From positions 1,376,001-1,440,000 of the forward strand of contig CBDFJF010000002.1 of the NCBI GenBank assembly GCA_965248265.1: 64,000 bases of DNA, read 5' to 3'. This document shows, one piece after another, positions 10,601 through 21,058 of the stretch (position 1 is the stretch's first letter; the number at the start of each line of letters is the position of its first letter). The notes beneath the pieces are model-generated. The model made no database searches. It was not told where the DNA came from and worked only from the letters and a program-made list of their open reading frames with translations. This DNA comes from Candidatus Latescibacterota bacterium (lineage in GTDB: Bacteria > Latescibacterota > UBA2968 > UBA8231). The translations under genes were made by a program, and so were the position numbers.

Positions 10601-11155
10601 GGGGCCGGTAACGCTGTTCGGGTTGCTCTCAATAGCGGCCGGATCGTCAATCTGCTCGGCGGTGACCTCGAAGGCGTGGAGATCGACCTGACCCGGAAGG
10701 AGTGGCAGTCTGTGGAGATTCCCCTGTCGCTCTTTGCCCTGGACGGACCCGTTGACGTCATCAAGCTGTCCGGGAATCTCAGCGGCCGCTTCTATGTGGA
10801 CGACATTCGGCTGGTGCGCGCCACCCCTGGGCAGATCACGGCGGTCGTCGAGGAAGAGGTCTCTATTTTGCCCGAGGAGTTTACCCTCGATCAGAACTAC
10901 CCCAACCCCTTCAACAGCGGCACCGTAATCCGCTTTGCACTGCCCAAGGCTGATGACGTGGAGCTCGTCGTCTACAACCTCGCCGGGCAGAGGGTCATGA
11001 ATCTGGCGCAGGGGCCGCGCAACGCCGGGTCCTACACGCTGCGCTGGGACGGGCGCGATGATGCGGGGCGCGAGCTGGCCAGCGGGATGTACCTGTATCG
11101 ACTGCAGGCGGGGGAACAGCTGGTGGAGACGCGGAAAATGGTGTTGTTACGATAA
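7700..11155 (+). CDS. Secreted FG-GAP/ASPIC-UnbV (CRTAC1-like) protein with TolB-like PD40 repeats and a FlgD-Ig/T9SS-type tail; one in-frame TAG at 9866-9868
   Basis: Signal peptide; DYNNDG/DIDNDGD repeats; NNHWLRVEL..SNRNGIGAR, HFGL, IRWPSG; six WSPDG repeats; QNYPNPFN...WDGRD...ASG.YLY; ORFs 7700..9868 and 9872..11155 share one frame. Confidence 0.85.
9645..10410 (+). repeat. Six tandem ~44-codon PD40 (WSPDG) coding repeats
   Basis: Recurring TGGTC(A/G/T)CC(C/G)GA(C/T)GG about every 132 bp. Confidence 0.85.
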
Positions 11156-11210
11156 AGTGCGGAGGGTGCGCGCCACTTGTGCTCGGTATTGATGGGCATC
11201 GAGATAGTGC

Positions 11211-12203
11211 TCACAGCGGTAAAGAGACCGCCCGGCCCTGTGACGAGGACCTGTACGCCGCCTGCAGAAGTTCGGTGAGATTACGGCCGTCCTGGATGGT
11301 GATGCTCATTTCCGTTCCATCCTCGATCGCGTTGATCCACTGCTCGATGGCAGAGGGAAGCTCCTCCGGACCCCCGGCGACATAGTCTGCCGCCTCCTCG
11401 TCCGAAAGCACCGTCGTCTTCAACACCGGCGGCCCTGCTCCGATGGTCAAGGATCCCTCCGTGCCGAACAGTTCGAACGGGTTCGGACCCGATCGGTGAA
11501 CGAAGGAGACGTCCACCATACCGATGCCCTTGTTGGCGAACTCGATGATGGTCGCCGAGTTGTCATCGATGGTATAACGGCTACTGATGTTGTTGATGAT
11601 CGCCATTACCTTCTTCGGCTCTCCCATCATCCAGCGCACGGCGTCGATGCGGTGACAGCCCAGATCGAAGAGGGCCCCACCGCCCGCCTGTGCGGGATCG
11701 ACAAACCAGGCGCTGTCCCCGCCGAACCATTTATCCAGGGCAGCCGCATGGGCCACCCGGCCCCGGCACAGGGTGACATCGCCGAGCAGTCCGTCGTCGA
11801 TGGCCTTGCGCGCCAGAAGTAGATTTTTGTCGGACCGGTACGGGAGAGAGATCATGAATTTCACCCCCGCCGCCTCTACCGCGGTGATGATCCGGTCGCA
11901 CTCATCCACCGTGATCGCGAGGGCTTTTTCCGTGAAGATGTGCTTGCCGGCCCGGGCAGCCGCCACCATTACCTGCGGATGCAGGTTGGTTTCGGCATTG
12001 ACCATGACCGCATCGATGTCGAGCTCGAGCAGCTGGTCCAGGTCATCGCAGAACGGCACATTGAAGTCTTGTGCCGCAGACTGCCCTCTGGTTTCCTGGT
12101 GATCCCATACCGCGACCAGCTCCGCTCTGTCGTTGTCGCAGACCTGATCGGCATATGCCCTGGCGTGAACATGGGCAAAAGTCAGCACGCCAATTCTCAC
12201 CAT
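11211..12203 (-). CDS. Gfo/Idh/MocA family oxidoreductase
   Basis: Start MVRIGVL; GKHIFTEKALA, GGGALFDLGCH. Confidence 0.9.
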   Translation of the reverse strand: MVRIGVLTFAHVHARAYADQVCDNDRAELVAVWDHQETRGQSAAQDFNVPFCDDLDQLLELDIDAVMVNAETNLHPQVMVAAARAGKHIFTEKALAITVDECDRIITAVEAAGVKFMISLPYRSDKNLLLARKAIDDGLLGDVTLCRGRVAHAAALDKWFGGDSAWFVDPAQAGGGALFDLGCHRIDAVRWMMGEPKKVMAIINNISSRYTIDDNSATIIEFANKGIGMVDVSFVHRSGPNPFELFGTEGSLTIGAGPPVLKTTVLSDEEAADYVAGGPEELPSAIEQWINAIEDGTEMSITIQDGRNLTELLQAAYRSSSQGRAVSLPL

Positions 12204-12219
12204 CTTTGCGGCTGCTCTT

Positions 12220-13410
12220 TCACCATCCCTTCCAGCTGCCGTCGGCATGGCGGTATTGACGAAATGCCATGGGCTGGTGCGGGATTTTGGCGATGTCCGC
12301 TTCCTTTACCTCGATCCCCAGGCCCGGCCGGTCGCTGACGTTGATGTAGCCATCCGCAATCTCCCAGTCGTGTTCGGCATAGCTGGAGAATCGCTCGAAG
12401 TACTGCGCAACCATTTCCAGAATCAGAAAATTCGGCGTGACCGCAGACGCGTGGAAGGTCGCCGCGTTGCCGATCGGACCGGCCACATTGTGGGGCGCCA
12501 TCAACATCTGCTGCCGGTTCGCCCTCTTGGCAATCTCGCAATAGGCCGTAATGCCAAAACAGTGGGTGATGTCCGGCTGCAGGAAGGCGCATGCCCGGCG
12601 CTGGATCAGCTCTTCGAATTCTCTGACGGTGAACAGCTGCTCACCCGTGGCGACAGGGATGGGGCTGCGCTGGGTGACGTCCATGAGCGCGTCGACGGAC
12701 CCGACCTTGACCGGCGCTTCGAGAAACATGGGGGAATACGGCGCCGCCCGGCGAGAGAATTCGATGCTCAACTCCGGGGTCGGGCTCCCGTGGGTGTCGA
12801 GGAGGATAGCGGGATCTGGCCCGATCGCTTCCCGCACCGCGGTGATGCACTCGAGGCTGCGATCGATCGCTGCCAGATCCATCGGCGCCTGTCGCGATTC
12901 GAGCGGGTTGCCCTTCACTCCGCCGTAGCCGTTGGCAATATGTCGTTGGGCGGTCTCTGCTGCCTCGCTGGGGGAGCTTTCGATGAGCCCGCCGCTGGCG
13001 TAGACTTGAAGGCGGTCCCTTCGCTTGCCACCCAGAATCGTATGCACGGGCACCCCCCAGGCCTTACCGGCAATGTCGTACAGGGCCATGTTTATGGCGG
13101 CGATCGCCGTGCCGATGATGGGCCCGCCTTTCCAGGGGGAGAACAGCTCGACGTCGTCGGTCAGCGCTTCGACCTGGGTCGGATCCCGGTCGAGCAAGAG
13201 TGGAACCAGCTCCTGCAGCATCGTCTCCACAGAGCCTACCAGCCACTCTCCACTGCCCTCGCCCCAGCCACTGATTCCGGCATCGGTTTCGAGCTTCAGG
13301 AAGAGCCAGCTTTTGTGCGTGCTGCACATCAATTCGCCGGTACCGGGATCGCGGATTTCCTGGCCCGTGGGCACGGACAACGGATAGGTTTTTACCGATG
13401 TGATTTTCAT
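12220..13410 (-). CDS. Mandelate racemase/galactonate dehydratase-like enolase-superfamily enzyme
   Basis: MALYDIAGK, LDTHG, ATGE, QPDI.HC.GI, APHN..GP, PGLGIE. Confidence 0.85.
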   Translation of the reverse strand: MKITSVKTYPLSVPTGQEIRDPGTGELMCSTHKSWLFLKLETDAGISGWGEGSGEWLVGSVETMLQELVPLLLDRDPTQVEALTDDVELFSPWKGGPIIGTAIAAINMALYDIAGKAWGVPVHTILGGKRRDRLQVYASGGLIESSPSEAAETAQRHIANGYGGVKGNPLESRQAPMDLAAIDRSLECITAVREAIGPDPAILLDTHGSPTPELSIEFSRRAAPYSPMFLEAPVKVGSVDALMDVTQRSPIPVATGEQLFTVREFEELIQRRACAFLQPDITHCFGITAYCEIAKRANRQQMLMAPHNVAGPIGNAATFHASAVTPNFLILEMVAQYFERFSSYAEHDWEIADGYINVSDRPGLGIEVKEADIAKIPHQPMAFRQYRHADGSWKGW

Positions 13411-13494
13411 GATGTAATCTTCATGGCAGCGATAGTATGATTCGTACCCGGCGATTTGTCGAGAGGATGTTTTCAGCTACAACAGGAGGCAGGT

Positions 13495-14612
13495 ATGGCC
13501 GTCATCGAAGTCCTGGACCATCACATTGTCTACGAGAACCCCCGGCCCCAGAATCGCGCCCGGCACGGCTACTTCCCCGGCCTGGTGCAGCTGCCATCGG
13601 GTGAGTTGTGGCCCTGTTCATTCTTGGCGAAGCGCTCGAGGCGGCCGACGTGACGACGATGGTGACCCGTTCGCAGGATGGGGGACGCACCTGGAATCTG
13701 GAAGGCCCGCTGATTCAGAAAGGGGACGCCGACCGCTACAACTCCGACTACATGAAGCCGACGCTGTTGAAGGACGGCAGGCTGCTGGCCCTGGGTTACA
13801 ATTTTCATCGTACCGATCCGGATCAGACCCTCGTCAACCCGGAACCGGGGGTCGATGGGTGCCGAGATGGCGACAACCTGGTTTCGTTCTCCGAAGATGA
13901 TGGACATACCTGGTCACACCCCACCGTCATCCCCCGAAAGCACCCGGAGTTGATCGAGCAGTCCGGACCTGCGATTCAGCTGCGCAGCGGGGTCCTGCTG
14001 GGGGCCGGCTCGATGTTCCCACTCTGGGACGGTGGCAATCCCAGCGGCTGCGTCGGGGCGCTGTGGCGCAGCGAGGACGACGGCCAGACCTGGGACGACA
14101 GCACTCACTTCTTCGAAGATCCCGCCGGACGATACGCGCCGGCCGAACCGAGGCTGTGCGAAATGCAGGACGATCGCATCATCTCTCTGAACTGGATGTT
14201 GGATCACCTCAGCGGCACCAACGTGACCAATCACATTACGGTGTCCGACGACGGTGGCGCAACCTGGTCTGAACCGATCGACACGGGTGTCTGGGCTCAG
14301 GCCTCGAATCTGATGCATTGGGAAGAGGACATCCTGCTGACCATCCACTGCCACCGAGAGGGCGAAGAAATCGGGCTGTTCGTGAGGATCGTTGACCTGG
14401 CCGGAGACCGCTGGCGCATCATCGAGGAGTGCAAGGTCTGGGGGAACGTCCCATCGATGAAAATCGGCGGCTATTCGACCATGGGTCAGAATCTCCGGTT
14501 TGGACAGTCATCCCTTCTACGCCTGGATACGGGTGATATCTTGGCGACTCACTGGGTGGTCGTGGAGGGACAGGGCCGCATCCTTACGCATCGGCTGCGG
14601 GTTGCGGTCTAG
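13495..14612 (+). CDS. BNR/Asp-box sialidase-like protein with a 1-bp frameshift near 13608
   Basis: GGAGG then ATG 13495 (MAVIEVLDHH...FPGLVQLPSGEL) continues in the frame of ORF 13608..14612; four S.D.G.TW repeats. Confidence 0.8.
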
Positions 14613-14776
14613 GAGCCTGTGGCCGAGCACATCCTATGCTACGCAATTGCTCGACCTCGCCTACGAAGCGACTTTTCACCACGGGCTCCCGAGGGCATGG
14701 TAGGGCTGCTGCGGTCCTCTCTGTGTAGATTTCCGCGACGGGTTCCTTAACGCGATTCGACCGTGAGAAGAGGTTA

Positions 14777-15637
14777 ATGATGGCTAAAGCCGAGCCGAAG
14801 ATCCGGGTAACGGAAGAGCAGGTCGAGTTTTTCTGCAGGGAAGGCTACCTGGCGATCGAGCGGATTACGAGCGACGAAGAGGTCGAGCGTCTGCGGGCGA
14901 CCTACGACGAACTCTTCGAGCGCCGCGCCGGCCGTGAGGAGGGCAGGCAGTACGACCTGGCCGGCACCGACGAGGAAGACTCGGTGGCAACCCTGCCGCA
15001 GATTCTGGAGCCACGCCAGTATGCGGCACAGCTGCGCAACACCCATTACGAGGCCAATGGCCTCGCCATCGCCGAACAACTTTTGGGGGGTCTGGCCGAG
15101 ACGCTACAGGAGCAAGTTCTGTCGTCTGAAATCGTCGACCTGGGCTTGCACGCCATCCTCAAGCCGGCGGGGATCGGTAGCGAAACGCCGTGGCACCAGG
15201 ACGAGGCTTACTGGGACCCGGCGAAGTACTTTCACGGCCTGAGCGTGTGGATGCCGCTTCAGGAGGCGACCGAAGAGAACGGCTGCATGTGCTTCATCCC
15301 GCGGACCCACACCGGAGAAGTGCTGCCGCACCACCACGCCGGCGACGACCCGAGGATCGAGGCCCTGGTGGTGGACGATGGCCACATCGACGTCTCCCAG
15401 GCAGTGGCCTGTCCGATCCCGGCCGGAGGTGCCACCTTTCATTTCTGCCGCACCTTTCACTATACCGGGCCCAACCGCTCGGTGGTACCGCGTCGTGCTC
15501 TCGCTCTGACCTGCTGCTTACCGCAGTCGACCCGTGAGGTCTCGCGCGACTTTTTCTGGCAGGGGGAGAAACGGACCAACGCGGGAAAGAGGAGAGAGGA
15601 AGCGGCCCGGCGCCTGACAGAATCAGAGAAGGACTGA
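14777..15637 (+). CDS. PhyH-family Fe(II)/2OG dioxygenase
   Basis: TPWHQDEAYW, ENGCMCFIP.TH, TFHYTGPN...RRA. Confidence 0.9.
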   Translation: MMAKAEPKIRVTEEQVEFFCREGYLAIERITSDEEVERLRATYDELFERRAGREEGRQYDLAGTDEEDSVATLPQILEPRQYAAQLRNTHYEANGLAIAEQLLGGLAETLQEQVLSSEIVDLGLHAILKPAGIGSETPWHQDEAYWDPAKYFHGLSVWMPLQEATEENGCMCFIPRTHTGEVLPHHHAGDDPRIEALVVDDGHIDVSQAVACPIPAGGATFHFCRTFHYTGPNRSVVPRRALALTCCLPQSTREVSRDFFWQGEKRTNAGKRREEAARRLTESEKD

Positions 15638-15688
15638 GACGGGCCGGCGCCGTCGGCATCAACCAGTTGAGAGGAGTGGGGCAAGCGT

Positions 15689-17022
15689 ATGTCTGGAACA
15701 CCATCGGGACTTTTTCATCGTGATCCGACCTACACCTATCCCGTCATCGTTCGGGGGGACGGAATCTATCTCTATGATGAAGCGGGCAAGCGCTACATCG
15801 ACGGTGGTGCCGGAGCGACGAATGTAACCCTGGGACATGGTCGCGAGCGCATCGCCGCGGCGATGGCACAACAGGCGGGTGAGCTCGCATACGTCTTCTC
15901 GGCGCGTTTGGCGAATCAGCCGGCGATCGAGTTCGCCGACCGCATCGCGGCGATCGCCCCCGGAGACCTGAACCATGTCTACTTCGTGTCCGGGGGATCG
16001 GAAGCCAACGAAAGCGCGCTCAAGATGGTGCGGTTATACCATCAGGAGCGGGGCAACGGTGACAAGCGGCTGGTGATCTCACGCTGGCGCAGCTATCACG
16101 GCGCGACACTCGGTGCCCTGTCGCTGACAGGTATCCCATCGCTGAGGAAAAACTTCGATTCGTGGCTGCTGCCGTTTCCGCACATAGATCCCTGCTATCC
16201 CTACAGATGCCCCTTGGGCTGTGAGGGCTCCTGCAATCTTGCCTGTGCCGATGCTCTGGAGCAGGCGATTCTCGAATCCGGGCCGGAAAACGTGGCGGCC
16301 TTCATCGCGGATCCGATAGGCCCGGCGGCTGTTTCCGTGCCCCCGCCCGACTACTACTCGCGGATTCGCGAGATATGCGACCAGTACGACGTCCTGTTCA
16401 TCGTCGACGAAGTCATCACCGGCTTCGGCAGAACGGGGAAGTTTTTCGCCATCGAACACTGGGATACCTTCCCGACATGATCACCTTCGGAAAAGGAGCC
16501 AGCAGCGGTTATTGTCCTCTGGGCGGTGTGATTCTGACCGATCGGGTACGGGAGGCCGTGACCGAATCGGGCAACAGCTTTCCCCATATTTTTACCTACG
16601 TCAACAATCCCCTTGCCGCCCGCGTCGGACTCGAGGTGCTGGATATCATCGAAGAAGAAAACATGATCGCTCGCGTTGCCGAGGCAGGCGATCAACTGTT
16701 TGAACGGGCAGCGGAGCTACGCCAACATCCGATTGTGGGGGATGTGCGCGGTAAGGGCCTGCTGCTGGGAGTGGAATTGGTGAAGGATAGGGCCACCAAG
16801 GAGCCTTTCCCCCCATCCTTGGAAGTGAACAAACGGTTGGACAAGATCTTCATACGAAAAGGTTTGTCGTGCGCCACGGGGGGTGCTTCAACGGAATGGA
16901 CGAGTAGTGATGACTTCCTCCTGTCACCGCCGTTCGTCATCACCGGACCTCAAATCAACGAGCTAGTCCAAATCATCGACGAGGGACTGGCCGAGCTTCA
17001 GGAGGAACTATCCGGTCTGTGA
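15689..17022 (+). CDS. Class III PLP aminotransferase with a 1-bp frameshift near 16468
   Basis: SGGSEANE, SYHGATLG, DEVITGFGRTG, then PDMITFGKG (PLP Lys) and GDVRGKGLL.GVELV in the second frame. Confidence 0.85.
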
Positions 17023-17051
17023 ATCGGCGACACCTGTCGATGGCCGGCACA
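16928..17051 (+). repeat. Direct repeat copy A (aminotransferase 3' end plus downstream DNA), attL-like
   Basis: 124 bp; matches 22460-22584 with 6 substitutions and 1 indel counted by eye. Confidence 0.9.
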
Positions 17052-17090
17052 TCATGCGAGTACGTCGTGCGAGTAGGTCATGCGAGTACA
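17052..17090 (+). repeat. Three tandem 13-bp repeats TCRTGCGAGTASR
   Basis: TCATGCGAGTACG TCGTGCGAGTAGG TCATGCGAGTACA, starting on the first base after repeat copy A. Confidence 0.85.
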
Positions 17091-17171
17091 CGGACGACGA
17101 TCAACGCCCTCGAAAAGCCTCAAAAGCGCTTGACTGACTCCCGATAAAGCTGTTTATAACCACTAACCATC
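17091..17171 (+). promoter_or_regulatory. Promoter-like repeat copy 1 (TTGACT...TATAAC)
   Basis: 17101-17171 matches 20973-21043 at 70/71; TTGACT 17130-17135, TATAAC 17155-17160 (19-nt spacer). Confidence 0.65.
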
Positions 17172-17358
17172 TCATCTGGTGATTTTAACTGTTGAAAAGG
17201 GGGATTTGTCGATAGTATACCAGCTCGGCAGAGATCCTGGGAGTCCGAAGGCCGCCAAGCTTCGATTGGCCTGATTTAGTGCCTGGTCGCCGCTGATAGG
17301 TTGTGCCTTCAATGCTTATTCCCGAGCCGGCCAGGCCGTTTTCGCAAGGTACGACATC

Positions 17359-20300
17359 GTGGAATTGAGTAAGGATGTGGGAGTGTTTGACGGCAAGAGA
17401 GCGGCTGTTATCTCAATTGTAAGCCGAGCACTCTGTGCCGTCCTGCTACTCCTGATCGCCTGCGTCTTCGCTGCGCCCGCGGACGCGCAGTTCCATAAGC
17501 GCGCCACCGCCTACCGCGCCACCGGCCCGCTCGAGATCGATGGCCGGCTCGACGAAGCTTCGTGGGCCTCTGTCGCTCGACTGGGGCCCTTCGCCGATTT
17601 GGAGTCGAGCGCAAAGGCCCGCAACGAGACGTTCTCCCGCCTCCTGTGGGACGACGACTACCTCTACATCGCATTCGAGTGTGAGGATCCGGATGTGCGG
17701 GCGACGAAGTCGCGCCGGGACCAGCGGGTTAATGAGGACGACATGGTCGAGGTTCAACTCGATCCGGATGGGGATGGACGGGACTACCTGATTTTCTCCG
17801 TGAATCCGTTGAACACGCTTGGCGATCGCCACCAGGAACGCGCCTACACGGAAGGGGAAGATGACATCTACCATCTCGACTGGGATGCGGAAGGCGTGCT
17901 CACAGGCGTGCACATCGAGGGGACGCTCGAGGAACGCGCGGATCGAGATCGACGCTGGTCCGTGGAGATCGGGCTGCCCTGGAAGGCCCTGGAGACCTAT
18001 GCCGGCGGCCAACAGGTGCCGCCGACCGAGGACTCTGTGTGGCGCGTCGGACTCTATCGGCTCGACCTGTGGGGCGAAGGCGATGACGAAGGCCATGAGA
18101 AAACGGCGTGGTCTCCCACACGCCAGCGGTTCTGGGAAGATGCCGAGCGCTTCGGAGCCGTGCTGTTCTCGGAAGAAACCGCCATGGACCGTCCGGCGCT
18201 GAGCCTCGCGAAGTACGCGACCCGGAATCCGGCCAGATCTGACGAGCGCCGTTCGTTGCCAGCGCCGGGTGAGGAGCTCGTCGTCGAGGTCACGCTCCGG
18301 AACCAGGGTAACAGGACTGCGACCGACATCACCGCCACGCTACGGGGCACCGATCCCCAGGTGACGGTGCTGGATTCCGTCGTGGAGGTGGGCCGCATCG
18401 ACGCTCTCGATACCGCCACAGCCGGGTCCTTCCGCCTACAAGTCGGGATGGGCTACACGCCGAACACGCCCCTGCCTGTGAGATTGCACCTGCGCGACCG
18501 GTCCGATCGACGCTGGGTCGAGGGACTGGACCTCTACCTCGACTTCATCGAGGACCGGCCGTACAGCCGAAGGGACGTCGAAGGCAAGAGGTTCGTCGCG
18601 CTGACGACTTGGCGGTATCACCCCGGCGATGACATGGCGTGGGCCGATCCAGCCTTCGACGACAGCTCCTGGGAGCTGGTGAATTCCATCCTGACTCGCG
18701 ATGACCTGCCGGAGGCAGGCTGGCAGGGCATCGGCTGGTTCCGGCGGCGCGCGATGGTCGATTCCACCCTGTGGAACAGATCGCTGGCGCTGATTGTGGA
18801 AGAATCCTCCGGGGCCGCCGAAATTTACCTGGACGGCAGGCTGCTCTACACCCTCGGCACCGTGGGTACGTCGGCCGCGGAGGAGGAGGCCCGTCGGGAC
18901 CCGAATCCGAAAGTGATCCCCCTCGACGATTCTCCAGCCCACGTGATCGCCGTGCGGTTTTCGAACTTTTCCGCCGAGCAGTTCTTCGCACTGAGGGGGC
19001 CGGCGGGCTTCTCTCTCGCGCTGGCTGGCCTGAACGAGAGCATCGCTCGGCGGGCGGAAAACGCCCGGGAATCCTCGGTTTATCAGACGGTGGCCACAGT
19101 TCTGCCCCTGGTCCTGGCCATTCTGCACCTGTTGCTGTTCCTCTTCTATCCGCGTCATCGCCAGAACCTGTACTACGCGGTCTCTACCGCGCTGTTCGCC
19201 TCTATCATGTACCTCTCATTCCAGTTCCAGTTCAGCACCGATCCAACCGAGCTGCCGGAATTCTTTCGGGGTTTCAAGATCCTCTTCGTCCTCGCTTTCC
19301 TGGCCACGGCACAGTTCGCGTATTCTCTGTTCTACACCCGAGTGCCCCACCAGTTCTGGGTATTCTTCGCCGCCGGCGTGGTGTTGATCGTCTGGGACTG
19401 GATCGACCCGGCAGAGGACCCGACCTACCAAGGCGTGTTCGTATCGATCCTGCTCGTCGAGATCGCCCGGGTGATCGTCACCGCTGTCATCCGCAGAAGG
19501 GCCGGGGCGTGGATCATCGGCCTGGGATTCGCGGGCCTGATCCTGGGGTTTGCGCACTTCTTCGCCGTAATCCTCGATGTCCTGCGGCCTGTCGATGCGC
19601 CGCTCCCCATCTATGGAGGACTTTGCCTCCTCGCCTCGATGTCGGTTTTCCTGGCCCGCACCTTCGCCCGCACGAATCGAGACCTCGAGGAGCAGATTGT
19701 CCAGGTCCAGAAGCTGTCCGCCCAGACGCTCGAGCAGCGCGACCAGGCGCGCACCGAGCTGGTGCGGGAACGCCGACAGCGCATCCAGGTGCAGCCACAC
19801 GAGATCGAGCACTGGACTCTCGAGGACTTCGTCGGTTCGAGTGCGTCCTGGCAGTCGGTCCGCTCTCGAATCCGCGATCTTCAGCCGGACGACAGCCGCA
19901 CGCTGATCCATGGCGAAGCCGGTACAGGCAAGGAGCTGGTCGCTCGGGCGATCCACGCAGGCAGCCGGCGAGCAGATCAAGCCTTCGTCGCGGTGCGATG
20001 CGCCGGACTGCCGAGACAGGTAGAGTCGCTGACTCAGCGGACCGAGGCGCTGTCCATTCTGTTCGGCCATACGCAAGGCGCCTTCCCCGGTGCTACAGAA
20101 GACCGTCAAGGGCTTCTTCAGCAGGCGCAGGGAGGTACTTTATTCTTCGACGAGGTCGGTCTACTACCGGTGGCTCTGCAGGCGCACCTGATGCGAGTGT
20201 TCGCACAGGGAGAGGTGCGACTGACCGGCGCCTCCGACAGCGATCCTCTCGACGTGCGGGTGATGGCCGCCACCAGCGAGGATCTGGAGATGCAGGTCGA

Positions 20301-20589
20301 AGTAGATGGCTTCAACCGTAAACTGTACGAGTACCTGGCGACGAACGTGGTGGCCGTACCGCCGTTGCGGGATCGGCGGGAGGACATCGCCCCGCTGGCC
20401 CGGCAGATCGCCGATAGTGCGTCGAGAGAGCTGGGGCTGGATTCAGCACCTATTAGCGACGAAGTGCTGGCATTGCTCGATGAGTACGGCTTCCCAGGGA
20501 ACGTACGACAGCTCCGGCGTACCTTGGAGCAGGCGCTGAGGATGAGCAGCGGTCCGATCAAGCCAGAGGATATCAGCCTGCAGGCATAG
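17359..20589 (+). CDS. Membrane-anchored atypical sigma54 enhancer-binding protein: CBM9-like, Ig-like, jelly-roll, 7TM, coiled coil, AAA+; no HTH
   Basis: IDGRLDEASW, LLWDDDYLYIAF, WSVEIGLPW (CBM9-like); WRYHPGDD..WA.P.FDDSSW, GIGWFR; about 7 hydrophobic helices; GEAGTGKELVARAIH, GAFPGA, GGTLFFDEV, PPLRDRREDI, FPGNVRQL. The exact start codon is uncertain. Confidence 0.85.
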   Translation: MELSKDVGVFDGKRAAVISIVSRALCAVLLLLIACVFAAPADAQFHKRATAYRATGPLEIDGRLDEASWASVARLGPFADLESSAKARNETFSRLLWDDDYLYIAFECEDPDVRATKSRRDQRVNEDDMVEVQLDPDGDGRDYLIFSVNPLNTLGDRHQERAYTEGEDDIYHLDWDAEGVLTGVHIEGTLEERADRDRRWSVEIGLPWKALETYAGGQQVPPTEDSVWRVGLYRLDLWGEGDDEGHEKTAWSPTRQRFWEDAERFGAVLFSEETAMDRPALSLAKYATRNPARSDERRSLPAPGEELVVEVTLRNQGNRTATDITATLRGTDPQVTVLDSVVEVGRIDALDTATAGSFRLQVGMGYTPNTPLPVRLHLRDRSDRRWVEGLDLYLDFIEDRPYSRRDVEGKRFVALTTWRYHPGDDMAWADPAFDDSSWELVNSILTRDDLPEAGWQGIGWFRRRAMVDSTLWNRSLALIVEESSGAAEIYLDGRLLYTLGTVGTSAAEEEARRDPNPKVIPLDDSPAHVIAVRFSNFSAEQFFALRGPAGFSLALAGLNESIARRAENARESSVYQTVATVLPLVLAILHLLLFLFYPRHRQNLYYAVSTALFASIMYLSFQFQFSTDPTELPEFFRGFKILFVLAFLATAQFAYSLFYTRVPHQFWVFFAAGVVLIVWDWIDPAEDPTYQGVFVSILLVEIARVIVTAVIRRRAGAWIIGLGFAGLILGFAHFFAVILDVLRPVDAPLPIYGGLCLLASMSVFLARTFARTNRDLEEQIVQVQKLSAQTLEQRDQARTELVRERRQRIQVQPHEIEHWTLEDFVGSSASWQSVRSRIRDLQPDDSRTLIHGEAGTGKELVARAIHAGSRRADQAFVAVRCAGLPRQVESLTQRTEALSILFGHTQGAFPGATEDRQGLLQQAQGGTLFFDEVGLLPVALQAHLMRVFAQGEVRLTGASDSDPLDVRVMAATSEDLEMQVEVDGFNRKLYEYLATNVVAVPPLRDRREDIAPLARQIADSASRELGLDSAPISDEVLALLDEYGFPGNVRQLRRTLEQALRMSSGPIKPEDISLQA

Positions 20590-20942
20590 AAGTGGCGGTC
20601 AGGGCTGAGAACGGCGGATAAAATTCGCTGATCGAAAGAGGATGTCGTCCCGCCGAATCGGAATGGAGGTACGGCCTGTACCATATGCGCCTTCACGAGT
20701 AACAGGGATCATTGCCAACCCTGCATTAAGTGATTTGTGAGTTTGCGGTGCGTGATCCAACCGATAACACCGCGCTCGCGCTGCGCGGATTCGCAAAACC
20801 GAGAACCGCTGTCGGCAACCTGGTTTCTGTCTTTGTTCTGGAAATCTGACGCCCAGTTGTTGAATCGAAACCAATCGCTAACAGCTGCCGCTGCGCCCGC
20901 AGAGGCTGATCCGGGCAGCCTGTCCGCTGGTCCATCGTTCAC

Positions 20943-21043
20943 CGGACGACGATCAACGCACAAGAACGGCCCTCAACGCCCTCGAAAAGCCTCAAAAGCG
21001 CTTGACTGACTCCCGATAACGCTGTTTATAACCACTAACCATC
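20943..21043 (+). promoter_or_regulatory. Promoter-like repeat copy 2
   Basis: Same sequence as 17091-17171 plus 20 extra bases associated with a second TCAACGC. Confidence 0.65.
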
Positions 21044-21058
21044 GTCTATCCTACCTGA

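Noticed and set aside
17052-17171. CRISPR array
   Set aside because: The repeats are 13 bp with no spacers, and there are no cas genes in the window
18771-20321. Long alternative-frame or antisense ORFs (also 8288..9655, 12247..13440, 45533..47017)
   Set aside because: Shadows of GC-rich genes that have clear family motifs; no motifs of their own
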